Shown: positions 41,680-55,740, counted from the first letter of the stretch. The stretch is 64,000 nt of DNA from Octopus vulgaris (GCA_951406725.2 OX597816.1:102982001-103046000), one strand, 5' to 3'. The notes: a model not told the origin generated them from the letters alone. Program-made: numbers and translations.

Positions 41680-41727
41680 GTATATATATAAATATATATA
41701 TACATACATACATATATATATATAAAA

Positions 41728-41783
<56 letters not shown>

Positions 41784-41845
41784 GTGTATTTATTTATGTA
41801 CATGTATATGGGCACTTACATAAATATTAATTGTGTTTGTATATA

Positions 41846-41876
<31 letters not shown>

Positions 41877-42169
41877 TGTATCTCTATAAACGTATATATT
41901 TGTATATGTATATATACATATTCATGTCATCTATATATGTACATATATATATATATGAGTGTGTGTGTGTGTATGTTAGAGTATTCGTGTGTATGTATGA
42001 GTGTGTATTATGTATATAAACTAATACTTACTATACATATGTACAGACTTATATAATTATATACTTATATATAACTGTACATATATTGCAAAAAGGGAAT
42101 AGAAAATGCTTTGTATTCATGAATATACAATATGTATGTACGTACGTATGCATGTATAAATATTTATAT

Positions 42170-42243
<74 letters not shown>

Positions 42244-42293
42244 TTATATACATATACATATATATATATATGCATATATACATACACATATAT

Positions 42294-42553
42294 AAGTCCT
42301 TGCCAAAACATCTGAGGGATCTCCATGGAGTAGGAGTGGATGTTTCCTTTCAAGAAACAACTTGACCTCTTCCTATCCAAGATCCCAGATGAACCAATAT
42401 CAAGACAGAAACCTCAATACAGGGCAGCGGTATCGAATTCCCTCCTTCACCAAAAGCCAAACCCATAGAATTGACCAATTATATTGTTATTACACTGCCC
42501 GTGCTGTAGCATGGCCGCGGCTTCAGGTCTGAAACATAAAAGAATTAAATTAA

Positions 42554-42555
<2 letters not shown>
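42294..42555 (+). mobile_element. CR1-group LINE 3' end
   Basis: [43 protein letters not shown], homologous to 33330-33490. Tail GTGCTGTAGCATGGCCGC..CTGAAAC. Confidence 0.8.
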
Positions 42556-42610
<55 letters not shown>

Positions 42611-42939
42611 ATATACATATATACATACATACATATATATATACTTACATACATACGTAGTCATGGTATACACACGGGTTTATATATGTGTGTGTGTATG
42701 TGCATGTGCGTACGTGTGTGTGCGTTTGTATGTGTGCGTCTGTGTGTGTGTTCATATGAATGTAAACAAGTATACATGTATTTACACACACACATACACT
42801 CACATATATAGGTGTATGCCCATATATATATACGTATTTGTATGTATGTATATATGTTTATGTACATTGGACATACATACATACATATATATGTGTGTGT
42901 ATGAGTATACATTTATATATATATATATATACACATATA

Positions 42940-42988
<49 letters not shown>

Positions 42989-43058
42989 TGTTATATTCAT
43001 CTCTCTTAGTCTTTTTCTCTCTCATTCTTTATATATATATATGTATATATATATATAT

Positions 43059-43143
<85 letters not shown>

Positions 43144-43424
43144 TACATAGATAAAAATATAGATTTAGATATATATATATGCATGTGTATACATGTCATT
43201 TATATGTACATGTGTCATCTATATAGGTTTAATTAACATGTACTCGACAGAAACTGTTGACTAATTCATAACTTAGAATGTTAAATGTTTATTACAACCC
43301 GACACAAACATACACACACACACACTCAGAATGCACACAGATATGTACATGTATATACCTGTATGTATATACATACATACATACATACATACATGCATAC
43401 ATACATACACATATATATATATAT

Positions 43425-43559
<135 letters not shown>

Positions 43560-43757
43560 ATATATATATATGCATGTATGCATGCATCCGTTTCATAGGA
43601 GTCGTTTGTAGAGTTACTATCAATAATATCATGAAATGTATGAGCTAATTATCTCTCGCTTTGTGTCCTAGTCAGTGAAAGCACGCGTGTTTGTGCATGT
43701 GTGTGTGTGTATTATATATACATATGTATATGCATATATCAATAGTTAGATAGATAA

Positions 43758-43852
<95 letters not shown>

Positions 43853-44149
43853 CACAAACAACAGTTTGATTAGTTTACATGCTGATCAAAGTAATCTAAC
43901 AAACATATTATACATCATATGTATTACATATACATTTCGGATTTCAAACACACACACACGCACTGACATTCACCCACAAAGGTTCACACGCACTCATTTT
44001 CTCGTTGCATATTTACGTTAGAAATATCACTAATATGTAATTAAACCCTATTACAAATATATATTTAAACGCCTATACATTCATATATACATACAAGTCT
44101 GTTGTATATATCTATATCTATATATCTATATGTAGCTATATGTATGTGT

Positions 44150-44383
44150 GTGTGTATTTGTGTGAGTGTTTGTGTTTGTCCACCCACCAAGCCATGGCTT
44201 GACAACCGATGCTGGTATGTTATGCTCTCCGTAACCTAGCGGTTCGGGAAAAGTTTTCGATTGAATAAGTACTAGGCTTTCAAAAAATAAGTCCTAAGGT
44301 CGATTTCTTCGGCTAACACCCTTTAAGGCTGTGTCCCAGTATAGCAACCGTCAAAAGACTAAGACAAGCAAAGGAATAAAAGA

Positions 44384-44385
<2 letters not shown>
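44150..44385 (+). mobile_element. SINE A 3' half, diverged
   Basis: GCTTGACAACCGATGCTGG..AATAAGTACTAGGCTT..GGTCGATTTCTTCG. Confidence 0.8.
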
Positions 44386-44465
<80 letters not shown>

Positions 44466-44470
<5 letters not shown>

Positions 44471-44559
44471 TTATTTAGTTTCAGCTCACAAGCTGTGGCC
44501 ATGCTGGGGCACCGCCATTTGGTGTTGCTACATGATTTTACTTCACGAATGCTTTTTAG

Positions 44560-44560
<1 letters not shown>
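44466..44560 (-). mobile_element. Short retroposon 3' end (CR1-type tail)
   Basis: Reverse complement GTAAAATCATGTAGCAACACCAAATGGCGGTGCCCCAGCATGGCCACAGCT..GAGCTGAAAC; sister of 46120-46198 (+) and 53957-54000 (-). Confidence 0.75.
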
Positions 44561-44613
<53 letters not shown>

Positions 44614-44763
44614 TATAAGTAATGCGTATATAGTTAACATGCTGAATTTTCTATTGGTACTTAATGCAAAGTAGGGAAATAGTACTATTGATTTAAAACC
44701 AAGTGTGTAATTACTAGAACGTATCCCCAGGCACACAAAAGAGTATATAGATTGGCAAATAGA

Positions 44764-44807
<44 letters not shown>

Positions 44808-44811
44808 TATG

Positions 44812-44891
<80 letters not shown>

Positions 44892-44950
44892 TATTGGTGA
44901 ATTGAAGAAATGGAGCTGAACGCAGATTGAACAGAAATCGTTTTATTTCG

Positions 44951-45030
44951 TTCTACACGTGTTTCGAAAGGCACAATTTACCAAAATCCGATTGAATAAT
45001 GGGACCATATTGTGTTTTTCTCTTCAGGAA
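44951..45030 (-). ncRNA. Type I minimal hammerhead ribozyme motif
   Basis: TTC-CTGAAGA-GAAAAACACAAT..ATTGTGCCTTTC-GAAAC-ACGT-GTA-GAA: both cores, stems I and II, palindromic stem III. Confidence 0.72.
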
Positions 45031-45212
45031 GAAATAGGAAATCCGTTGGAAAAAACAAAAACAGAACAGAGATACATAGATAGATAGATAGATACATATA
45101 TACATATAGAATTATATATGTATATGTATATATATATATATTATATACATATAATATATATATATGTATATATGTATGTATATATGTATATAGGTATATA
45201 TATATAATATAT

Positions 45213-45278
<66 letters not shown>

Positions 45279-45787
45279 AATATATAAATATATATATGTG
45301 TGTGTGTGAGTGTGTGTGGGTATGTGTGTGTGTATGTATGTGTGTGTGCGCCATTTTTTGTGTAAGAGCATACATTTTCCTGCTAATACATGCACGATTA
45401 AGTATTATATAGATATAAGTGTGTCTATGTGTATATGCGTGTGTGTATATGTGTATATGTATACTTAGATATATAGTGGTAAACACATTTATACATACAG
45501 AAACATACTTCTTTAACTACACACACACACTTACACAAAACACTCGTATATTTCCAACACAGAAGCAATATATATATATGTGTGTATGTGTGTATGTGTG
45601 TGTGTGTGTGCGTGTGTGTGTATGTTGTGTATGTGTCTGTGTGTGTGTTTGTGGAAATAAAATCCGATATATGTTTATATATTTATGCATAGGTATGTCT
45701 ACATATACATATATATTTGTATATATTCACACTCTTACACACAACACACTCACACACTCCCAACACTCAAATAATATATGTATATAC

Positions 45788-45826
<39 letters not shown>

Positions 45827-45850
45827 CATACATATGTGTATGTATTTATA

Positions 45851-45909
<59 letters not shown>

Positions 45910-45918
45910 GTATTTATA

Positions 45919-45985
<67 letters not shown>

Positions 45986-46119
45986 GTGTGTGTGAATATA
46001 TATATTTTTTGTGTAAAAATGAGTGTGTGTATGCATGTATGTAGCCACATTTATGTGTGCATCCACATATACTCACTTTTGTATGTATATATATATATAG
46101 AGTAAAAAAAGAGTAAAAG

Positions 46120-46198
46120 AGTAAAATCACGTAGCAACACCGAATGGCAGTGCCCCAGCATGACCACAGCTCATGAGCTGAAACTTAATAAAATAAAA
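46120..46198 (+). mobile_element. Short retroposon 3' end (CR1-type tail)
   Basis: Homologous to the reverse complement of 44466-44542. Confidence 0.75.
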
Positions 46199-46470
46199 AA
46201 ATTATATATATATAATGTATGTATATATGCATATATATATATATCATTTATTTTATTATATGATCGAACACCACACATCCTTTTCCTAGTAAGCTTTATT
46301 TGTATATACATACATACATACATACATACATACATACATACATGCATACATATATATGTGTGTGTGTGTGTGTGTATACATACCTATATGTATCTATCTA
46401 TCCATCTCTCTATCTGTCTTTTTATATATATGTAAGTAAATATCTATACATATCTGTATATCTATATATT

Positions 46471-46550
<80 letters not shown>

Positions 46551-46656
46551 CTATATATATTTGTATATAAGTGTGTTCTTCTGTGTGTGCGTGTGTATTT
46601 GTTTCTTTGTAATTTATCGATGGATGGTCATATTAATCTTTACTACATACTGAAGC

Positions 46657-46745
<89 letters not shown>

Positions 46746-46820
46746 ATACATATATATATATACACATACATATCTATGTATTTAAGAATATGTATACGTG
46801 TGTCTCTATGTAAATATATA

Positions 46821-47049
46821 TACTCTTTTACTCTTTTACTCTTTTACTTGCTTCAGTCATTTGACTGTGGCCATGCTGGAGCACCGCTTTTAATCGAGCA
46901 ACTCGACCCCGGCACTTATTCTTTTGTAAGCCCAGTACTTATTCTATCGGTCTCTTTTGCCGAACCGCTAAGTGACGGGGACATAAACACACCAGCATCG
47001 GTTGTCAAGCAATGCTAGGGGGACAAACACAGACACACAAACACACACA

Positions 47050-47103
<54 letters not shown>

Positions 47104-47182
47104 TACGACGAGCTTCTTTCAGTTTCCGTCTACCAAATCCACTCACAAGGCTTTGGTCGGCCCGAGGCTAGAGTAGAAGACA
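46821..47182 (-). mobile_element. SINE family A (head truncated)
   Basis: Close to the 21311 and 53459 copies, including CCCTAGCATTGCTTGACAACCGATGCTGG. Confidence 0.9.
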
Positions 47183-47294
47183 CCACACATAAATACATAT
47201 ATATATATATATATATAAATATATATATATATCTATATCTACATACATATGTGTGTATGTGGGCGTTGTGTGTGTTTGTGTTTGTGTGTGTGCA

Positions 47295-47612
47295 TGGCGA
47301 AGCACATGGCTTAATGGTTAAGCATTTCTTCTCACACCCGTGAGGTCGTGGATTTGATTAGCGTTGTCACGCTTTGTCTTTGACCGCTACATTTTAGTTC
47401 AAGTTGCTCCGGTCGAAGCGGCTGGCGAAAATGAGTTGTTCATATAATTCTCCGGCGTTGTCACATTCGTATCGCACCGAATCTCCCTGAGAACTGCGTT
47501 AATGCTTCACTTGTATGTGGAGTGCTCAGTCACTTGCACGTTAATCTCATGTGAAGTCTGTCCCATTGATCTAATGAACTAGAACAGTCGTTGTCGTAAC
47601 CGATTGAGTGCA
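47295..47612 (+). mobile_element. Diverged SINE C-like copy
   Basis: TGGCTTAATGGTTAAG head; TGTGGAGTGCTCAG.CACTT.CACGTTAAT and GTCGT.GTCGTAAC match 12196-12290. Confidence 0.7.
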
Positions 47613-47653
47613 ATTTATGTATTTACATACATACATACATACACATACATACA

Positions 47654-47684
<31 letters not shown>

Positions 47685-47689
47685 GTATT

Positions 47690-47885
47690 GGTTTCAAATT
47701 TTTGCACAAGGCCAGTAATTTCACGGGTGGGATAAGTTGAAATTCTCCCCCTGTGCTGAGTTGACACTTATTTTATCGACCACAAAAGGATGAATGGTTT
47801 AGTTGACCTCAGTGGAATTTGAACTCAGAATGTAAAGACAGGTGAAAAACCGCAAAGCATCTTGCCTGGCGAGCTAACTTTACTG
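47690..47885 (-). mobile_element. Diverged SINE B-like copy
   Basis: TTTATCGACC..AAAGGATGAA.GG..GTTGACCTCAGTGGAATTTGAACTCAGAA. Confidence 0.75.
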
Positions 47886-48537
47886 TCACATTTACATACA
47901 TACATACATATATACATACATACATACATACATACATACATACACACATACATACATACATACATACATACATACATACATACATACATACATACATAAT
48001 ACATACATACATACATATATATATACATATATATACATATATATATATATATTGACATGCGGTGCATATTGTATGTTGTTTGATAACAGTGAAGGAAAAG
48101 TTTGATGCTGAATTGGTTTTAATCTTGCTTTGTGTCTTCCCATCTCCTTTCCTCCGCTCTTTATCCGTTACTTTCTCTCCGGATTTGCGGGTTACAGAGT
48201 GTCATGTATTGTGAGATGCATATACGGAGAACATAAAGAGAAAAAATGGCGACCAAAAGTGATTTCAGTCATGGCTGTGTTACATATAGGTGACGGCGAA
48301 ATCTAGTTTGCTTCCTCTTTCTGCTTCTGTTTATTTTTTCTCTCTTGATTTCTCTCTTCTTTTTTTTTTATTGTTTCCTTCAAGTGAATAGCGGAACAGA
48401 GTGCGGTCGAGAATGAAAGATGCCCATCAAGTGACTGATATGTATACATGGAGGAAATTGGTTGCAATGATGGTGATTATTGGTTTGTGTGACGTCAAAC
48501 TCTCTGTTTTTCTCTCTCAATCGTGTTTAGCATCTTT

Positions 48538-48630
48538 ATATATATTTTGTTGTAATAATCTCTCCTTCTCTATATTTTGTTGGAATAATCTCTCATTCTA
48601 TATATTTTGTAATAATCTCCTATTCTCTCT
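48538..48630. repeat. ~30-bp tandem repeat x3 (TATATTTTGTTGTAATAATCTCTC..)
   Basis: Seen directly in the sequence. Confidence 0.8.
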
Positions 48631-49319
48631 CTGGCGTAACTAAATACAGTGAATTAGAGAATGAGAAGCACGTCACAAGAGATACATATAGAGAAAGAAG
48701 AAAAGAAAGGAAGGAATGAAAGAAGGCAGGAAGAATGAAAAAAAAAAGAAGTGTGATGCTGCTGGCACTTTGAGAATAGGATCGAATTGAACAACAACCA
48801 ATGTCTATTGCAGCATTCTTTGTTGTTAAGAGAACGCGTAGTTTTAAGAACAGCATCAAATTGTACAACAGCCATATTCTACTGTAGGATTCTTTATTAT
48901 TAAATGAGCGCATGTTTTTTTCTCTTCTGCATACATCTACGTACATCTTTTGATTTATGTGGTTAAATGACAGAGAAAGTCAAATACATTTAAAGTCATA
49001 ATTTCTAAGAAACACCACGGGGGATTTACTTCTGGCTAGTGTGCTATGAGAAGAACTCCTACAGAAACCTATTGCTTTCATAACTCAATTAATATACTGG
49101 CCAGGTTTATTACCGATTAAAATGCACTGCATGAATTCCTGCTAGTTCATAGAAGGATATTTCACCAGTTAATGAATTATTAGAAAAGGATTACATAGAT
49201 GTCTGATTATAGGTGCTGACATATATACTAGTATGGGTTTTTATTCCTGATTCCATTTACCTACTCCAGCGGATCAATCTGTACATGTGTGCTTGTGTGT
49301 AAATACGTGTACAGAAATA

Positions 49320-50205
49320 TGTGATCTGATCAATAAGTATCCGGACTATTGCCATATTAACGAAGCTAAAGCAAGCAGAGTAAAGCTGCTCGGCACAGAT
49401 AGACCTTGAAGTCTGTTGTGCATGCGCACTAAGCTTTAATGTTCTGGCTCACTTCCGCTGTTTACAACAGTGCTTGTAAATAACGTGTGTAGGGTGTGTT
49501 CGCATTGACCATGACAGAGAAAGTTGAGCAGAGAATCTTCATCAAATTTTGTCAAAAGCTTGGCAACACCTGCTCAGTGGCCTACACGAAGTTTTCTAAC
49601 AGTTTTCATCGTCTTTGACAGAATCAAGGAGACTGTGTGCAACTGAAGCACGAGCGTCATTTTGGTCAGCTGAAAGCAGTTTTGGCACAAACTTGGCATA
49701 CACGCGTCTAATACCCAAATCTTAAGTGATAATGGACTGAACTGAACGATAACTAATCAGCACATCCTCTGATGATTCATGGATAGTGATTCTACGATTT
49801 CCCCTCCCAGCTACACGTACATATGTAATGTTTTTCTCAGTTCTGCTGGTTGCAGGTCACCCAGAACGTTCTTTACTATCGACATTTTTTCGACCATCTT
49901 GGAAATGTCTGAACCACTCGTACACTTGTGTGCGACCCATACACTCCTCTCCATACACTTTCCGCAACTTTGTGCTGGCCTCTGAGCAGGTATCGCCCTG
50001 ACAACTTTCTGGTCAATGCGACGATCACACGTTACACACGTTACTTGGAATCACAGCTGTAAACAGCGTAAGTGAGCTACAACGTTAAAATTTAGTGAAT
50101 ATGCACAACAGAGATCAAAGTCAATCTGTGCTAAGTGGCGCTTCTCTCTGCGTGCTGTAGCTAAATTACTATGGCAACAGTTCGGATACTTATTGATTAG
50201 ACCTC

Positions 50206-50206
<1 letters not shown>
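49320..50206. mobile_element. Fold-back mariner derivative made of two inverted 5' ends
   Basis: TA-flanked TIRs (..TCT(G/A)ATCAATAAGTATCCG(G/A)AC). + arm encodes MTEKVEQRIFIKFCQKLGNT from 49511. - arm encodes KVYGEECMGRTQVYEWFRHFQDGR..RSG*P..RRITI..DLGIRRVYAKFVPKLL. No DD(34)D domain. Confidence 0.88.
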
Positions 50207-50243
<37 letters not shown>

Positions 50244-50937
50244 GGTCATTCACAAACACAGTGATGCACACTCACACATATATATACACATATACACACG
50301 TGCGCGCGAGTACACACGCACACACACAAACACATACACAAGCATACATATTCAGTGAAATACATAATTTCCTCTTTCGTGACTGTTTTACTTCTGTGAT
50401 GTATGTGTGTGTATATATATGTATGTTTATATGCATATAATAGTAAGATTTTGGTTCATCATTCACTTATAACACGAAATCATTGCAACACATTACAATA
50501 CAGTTCCCAAAAGAAAACGGCACAGCAAAACACTAGTTGTAGAAGAGATAGTCTTACATGAAATTCCACAAAAAAACTCCCCTAATAACATCAATAGCAG
50601 CAAAAAATAAGTAAAAATATATCATAATAACTATCAGGATTTAGTACTCTATATTTATAAATCTGGTCTTAAATATTCTATCGCCCTTTGCGAGTTACTG
50701 CAGAAGGCACGGACTGTTATAACAGTAAAAATTGAAAATGAAATTATGCATGTTTCGAAACGTCAGATTTTATAGATTTAGGAATTATTATTTATTCGTA
50801 GGAAGCATAAAGGACTAATAATGACATGAAAATACCATTCATAAAAAAAAAAAATCAATATAGCTGGCTCTTTAAATGAAAAATGATAAAAGAATGAAGT
50901 GAGACAAATTTCACACACACACACGAACACACACACA

Positions 50938-50997
<60 letters not shown>

Positions 50998-51069
50998 CAC
51001 ACACACACAGAGAATATGCACGCGCCAACACACACATACATAAATACATACTAACATACATACACACAT

Positions 51070-51125
<56 letters not shown>

Positions 51126-51154
51126 ATATATATATACATATACATACACATACA

Positions 51155-51280
51155 TAAACAATAACTCTCTATTTGACTACGCCACATTGTTTAATTCCTG
51201 ATTTGAATGACTTCAACAAGTGGTGCTATTAACTTAGACATGGCCTGGGCCAATACTGATCGAAACCTGTCAAAGTAGAA
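51155..51280 (+). mobile_element. Near-identical copy of the LINE 3' end at 53085-53210
   Basis: TAAACAATAACTCTCTATTTGACTACGCCAC..CGAAACCTGTCAAAGTA, 1-2 differences. Confidence 0.9.
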
Positions 51281-52184
51281 AATATATATATTTATATATG
51301 TATATGTACATATATATATATATTCTGGAAAATTTGAGACTTTTTTAGTAGAAGCAGTTATAACTGTCCCAGATTAGTGTGATTTTAGCATATCCTTATT
51401 AGACATCTAATAAACTGACCTGCCAATAACTTTTGTTATTCCAGACTGATGGAAATTACTACCAGCACCTTAAACCCTACTAAACACTACTGGTCTAATG
51501 CAGTCGGGACGTGAAGACAGCTTAGAAGCTACGAAATAAAGTTTCGTGTTAAACTTAGCAAAAGTGCTCCAGACGAATGTATTTATATGAGCGACCATCT
51601 GCTTTTCGTCAACACAAGAGGTCAGACAAAGTAAGTTCACCGGAAAGCAGACGACATCCTCCTTTTTCGATAGCAATAATATCATTTACATCCACTGGTT
51701 TCCCTCTCATCAGACGGCCAGAAAAGAGCAAGGTCAGGGCACTAGCACCAGTACAATGCACCAGTTCACAATTCTGTCTCTACTTGAAAGAGCTGGGCAT
51801 CAAAACTATTCCTTACAATCTAGACATTTTCTTCCTGTGACATTTCATTGTCCCCCAAGCTGAAAGAGACGATGAAAGCGGCCGTAAGAAAGGTCCCTTC
51901 ACTTTGAAGAGCAACCATGGGACCTTCACGGTGTGGTTGGAGCGCGACAGCAAGTGCATTGATGTTAAAAGATTCTGCTTTGAAGGAGATTAGAGTTTTG
52001 TACTACTTTGAAATCAATAAATGCCTCTTGAAGAAAGGAATCACCTGGAATGCAACTTGCGTGTATATACATACATATTATACATCATGCACACACACGC
52101 ACACACAGACACACACACATACATACATACATACATACACATATATATGGAAGTGTGTTTGTGTGTGTATTTATATACGTATGA

Positions 52185-52224
<40 letters not shown>

Positions 52225-52371
52225 ATATATATAATATATTTTCAGCATGGTGGTATCTCGTAGATACCCTAATTTATAATTTTAATAATTATTACCTTTG
52301 AAGGTTATTTTTTCCATGTTGGTCACTTGATAAGATCGTTATTTTATTTTAATTTAGCGATCTTTTAAATT

Positions 52372-52670
52372 AGGCGAGGGCGCGTTTGCATGGTAAGAAG
52401 CTTGCTTCACAACCATATAATTCCGGATTCAGTCCCACGGAGTGGCACCTTGGGCAAGTGTCTTCTGCTATAGCTTCGGGTCGACGAAAGCCTTGTGAGT
52501 GGATTTGGTAGACGGGAACTGGTAGACGGGAACAGAAGGAGAATAAATAAAATTGTAGATTTAGCAGTCAATCATGGCGACTATATGTGTGTGTGTGTAT
52601 TTGTTTCTGTGGTGCTCCAGCATGGCTGCAGCCAAATGACTGAAACAAAAGAATAAAAGAATAAAAGAAT
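52372..52670 (+). mobile_element. SINE A 5' half plus a separate 3' tail
   Basis: GATTCAGTCCCAC..CCTTGGGCAAGTGTCTTC..GTGAGTGGATTTGGTAGACGG; tail GGTGCTCCAGCATGGCTGCAGCCAAATGACTGAAAC at 52611-52646. Confidence 0.8.
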
Positions 52671-52711
52671 ATATATACCTACATACATATATACATACAT
52701 GCATACATACA

Positions 52712-52745
<34 letters not shown>

Positions 52746-52869
52746 CATATATATATATGTGTGTGTGTGAGTGCATATGCACACACATGCATACATACAT
52801 ACATATACGCGTATATCTATCTATCTATCTATATATATATATATATATATCGTGATAGTTTGTAGTATA

Positions 52870-53210
52870 TGAATTAAGGATTGTATTCTCTCCCAAGATT
52901 CCAATTTCAAACATGCCCTTTGGTAAAATTTAGCACAATTATTTCACCTCAATTCGCCCAACTCTTTTTAACATTACACCTAAACACATTGAAGCAGAAA
53001 CACACCCCATAAAGTTCAAGTAGTCTTTGGACAAATTCCTTCAAGAAATCGTGGATAAACCTCCTACACCCAGATATGCTTCCGTAAACAATAACTCTCT
53101 ATTTGACTACGCCACATTGTTTAATTCCTGATTTGAATGACTTCAACAAGTGGTGCTATTAAGTTAGACATGGCCTGGGCCAATACTGATCGAAACCTGT
53201 CAAAGTAAAA
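52870..53210 (+). mobile_element. CR1-group LINE 3' end
   Basis: HNYFTSIRPTLFNITPKHIEAETHPIKFK*SLDKFLQEIVDKPPTPRY..NNSL, homologous to the end of 54018-54762. Confidence 0.8.
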
Positions 53211-53236
53211 TATATATATATATGTATATATGTATA

Positions 53237-53312
<76 letters not shown>

Positions 53313-53362
53313 CATACATATATATACATATATATACATATGTTTATATATATATTTATATT

Positions 53363-53402
<40 letters not shown>

Positions 53403-53458
53403 TACAAATATATATATACATACATATATATATACATATATTTATATATATATATATA

Positions 53459-53871
53459 GGCGCAGGGGTGGCTGTGTGGTAAGTAGCTTGCTAACCAACC
53501 ACATGGTTCCGGGTTCAGTCCCACTGCGTGGCATCTTGGGCAAGTGTCTTCTGCTATAGCCCCGGGCCGACCAATGCCTTGTGAGTGGATTTGGTAGACG
53601 GAAACTGAAAGAAGCCTGTCGTATATATGTATATATATGTATGTGTGTGTGTTTGTGTGTCTGTGTTTGTTCCCCTAGCATTGCTTGACAACCGATGCTG
53701 GTGTGTTTACGTCCCCGTCACTTAGCGGTTCGGCAAAAAGAGATCGATAGAATAAGTACTGGGCTTACAAAAAGAATGAGTCCCGGGGTCGAGTTGCTCG
53801 ACTAAAAGGCGGTGCTCCAGCATGGCCGCAGTCAAAATGACTGAAACAAGTAAAAGAAAGAAAGAAAGAAA
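53459..53871 (+). mobile_element. SINE family A, full length, young
   Basis: Very similar to 21311-21733; embedded in (TA)n. Confidence 0.92.
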
Positions 53872-54017
53872 GATACATATATTTATATATATATACATAT
53901 ATTTACATATATATATATTTATATATATATACATATATTTACATATATATATATTTTTTCTAGTTTCAGCTCAGAGCTGCAGCCATGCTGATGCACCGCC
54001 GTTATATATATATATAT

Positions 54018-54762
54018 CAACTTAGATATGTTTCGACCAAAGATTGATCCAGGCCATGTCTAACTTAATACCACCACCTTATAGGATTATCTAAATCCTG
54101 TTTAAGTCAAGTTTTGTTTATGGTCCATTCAAGTAGTGAGTTCTTGTTGTGTGAGTTGTATCCAACTATGGGTGGCTTATCCGGTATTCCTTGAAGAAAT
54201 CTATCCAGACTCCGTTTAAATTTGATTGGATCCTTTTCCTCTTTGATCTCTTTCGGGACAATATCAAACAGGGCAGGGCCTGTTGAGGAAAAGAAATTAT
54301 GTTGCAGTGCACCTATATGCTATGATCCTGAATTGGGCAGGGAACGTATGGCCCGTGGTCCCAGCCTTAGATGAACCTTGAAACTAATGTTCATGCCGTT
54401 TGGGCAAAGTTGGCGGTATATTCTCCACATCGTACAAATGATGTACCGCTCGCGGCGGCGCTGGAGAGAGTAGAGTTTGAAGGCTTTAAGGCGGTCCCAA
54501 TAATCGAGAGCAGTCATGCCTTCAATTCGTTTAGTGAGAGCCCTCTGGGGTGATTCAATCCTCGAGATAGTTTGTCTTGTATGGGGAGACCACAGTGGGC
54601 AGCAGTATTCGAGGTGTGGCCGTACAAAGGAGGAGAAAAGTGGTATGATGATACCTTGTTCTCTGGACCGGAAGGCTCTTAAGATCCAGGAGCTCATCCT
54701 ACGAGCTATATCGACCTTATTGTTGATGTGGGCACTCCAGCTGAGATGATTGTCATCAACAA
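54018..54762 (-). mobile_element. 5'-truncated CR1-group LINE (ORF2 C-terminus plus 3' UTR) in (TA)n
   Basis: LSWSAHINNK..LFSSFVRPHLEYCCPLWSP..IESPQRALTKRI..LDYWDRLKAFKLYSLQRRRERY..GPALFDIVP..FKRSLDRFL; in-frame stop at 54320. Confidence 0.9.
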
Positions 54763-54959
54763 TATATATATATATGTACGTGGATATATATATATATATG
54801 TGGAGGGATTTATATATGTTCTTCTGCCTAATATGTCACGCAGTGGAACTGAGCAATTCCGCGGAGTTCGACTTTGCCTTTCATCCTTTCAAGGTAAAAA
54901 AAAATTAAGTACGGCATGCATTATAATAGAACCAAGCGAAATTGATTCAGTGAGGTACC

Positions 54960-55062
54960 TTTTGAAGAGTCACCGCACGAAACAATGCTCCACCGAAGGA
55001 TGCACCAGAACCAGCTGTAGAGTATCTTATCCGATGAACGATTGAGTTGAAACGATCGTTGT
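54960..55062 (+). ncRNA. Three tandem degenerate minimal hammerhead-like motifs
   Basis: TTGAAGA..GAAAC (54962-54983); CCGAAGG..GAACC-AGCT-GTA (54993-55019); CCGATGA..GAAAC-GATC-GTT (55031-55060). Confidence 0.5.
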
Positions 55063-55194
55063 GATTAATAAACAATCTAGTGGATAACATGGTGCTTCTC
55101 TCATTTCTGATATATGCATACATATATATACATATATATACATATACATATTACACCATGAGTCTGGCGTCTTAGACAGCTCGACCATCCGTGT

Positions 55195-55355
55195 GTGTAT
55201 GTTTGTGTGTCTACATACCCGTGAGTTAGATAGGAGACCGATAGGATAGGTACTAGGCATACAAAGAATAAGTCCTGGGGTCGATTTCTTCGACTAAAGA
55301 CGGTGCCCCAACATTGCCGCAGTCAAATGACTGAAGCAAATTCAAGAGTTAAAGA
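55195..55355 (+). mobile_element. SINE A 3' part
   Basis: GTACTAGGC.TACAAAGAATAAGTCCTGGGGTCGATTTCTTCGACTAAAG.CGGTGCCCCA..CAGTCAAATGACTGAA. Confidence 0.8.
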
Positions 55356-55362
55356 CTATACA

Positions 55363-55436
<74 letters not shown>

Positions 55437-55643
55437 CATACAAACATACATACATACATATAGATACATATATATATACATATATATATATAAATCTATA
55501 TATGTATAAGAATATATATGTGTGTGTATATATATGCATGTATATATGTATAGGAGTATATATACAAATATATAAACATACATATATATGCACGTATGCA
55601 TATATATGGACATATATAAATACGCACAAACACAATCACACAT

Positions 55644-55740
<97 letters not shown>

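Noticed and set aside
48240-48300. AAAATGGCG start/YY1-like motif as a first exon (also at 24091)
   Set aside because: No convincing ORF or splice donor follows; the motif alone is insufficient.
51400-52040. Complex coding-like sequence
   Set aside because: No recognisable motif in the frames I read and no splice signals; would need BLASTX.
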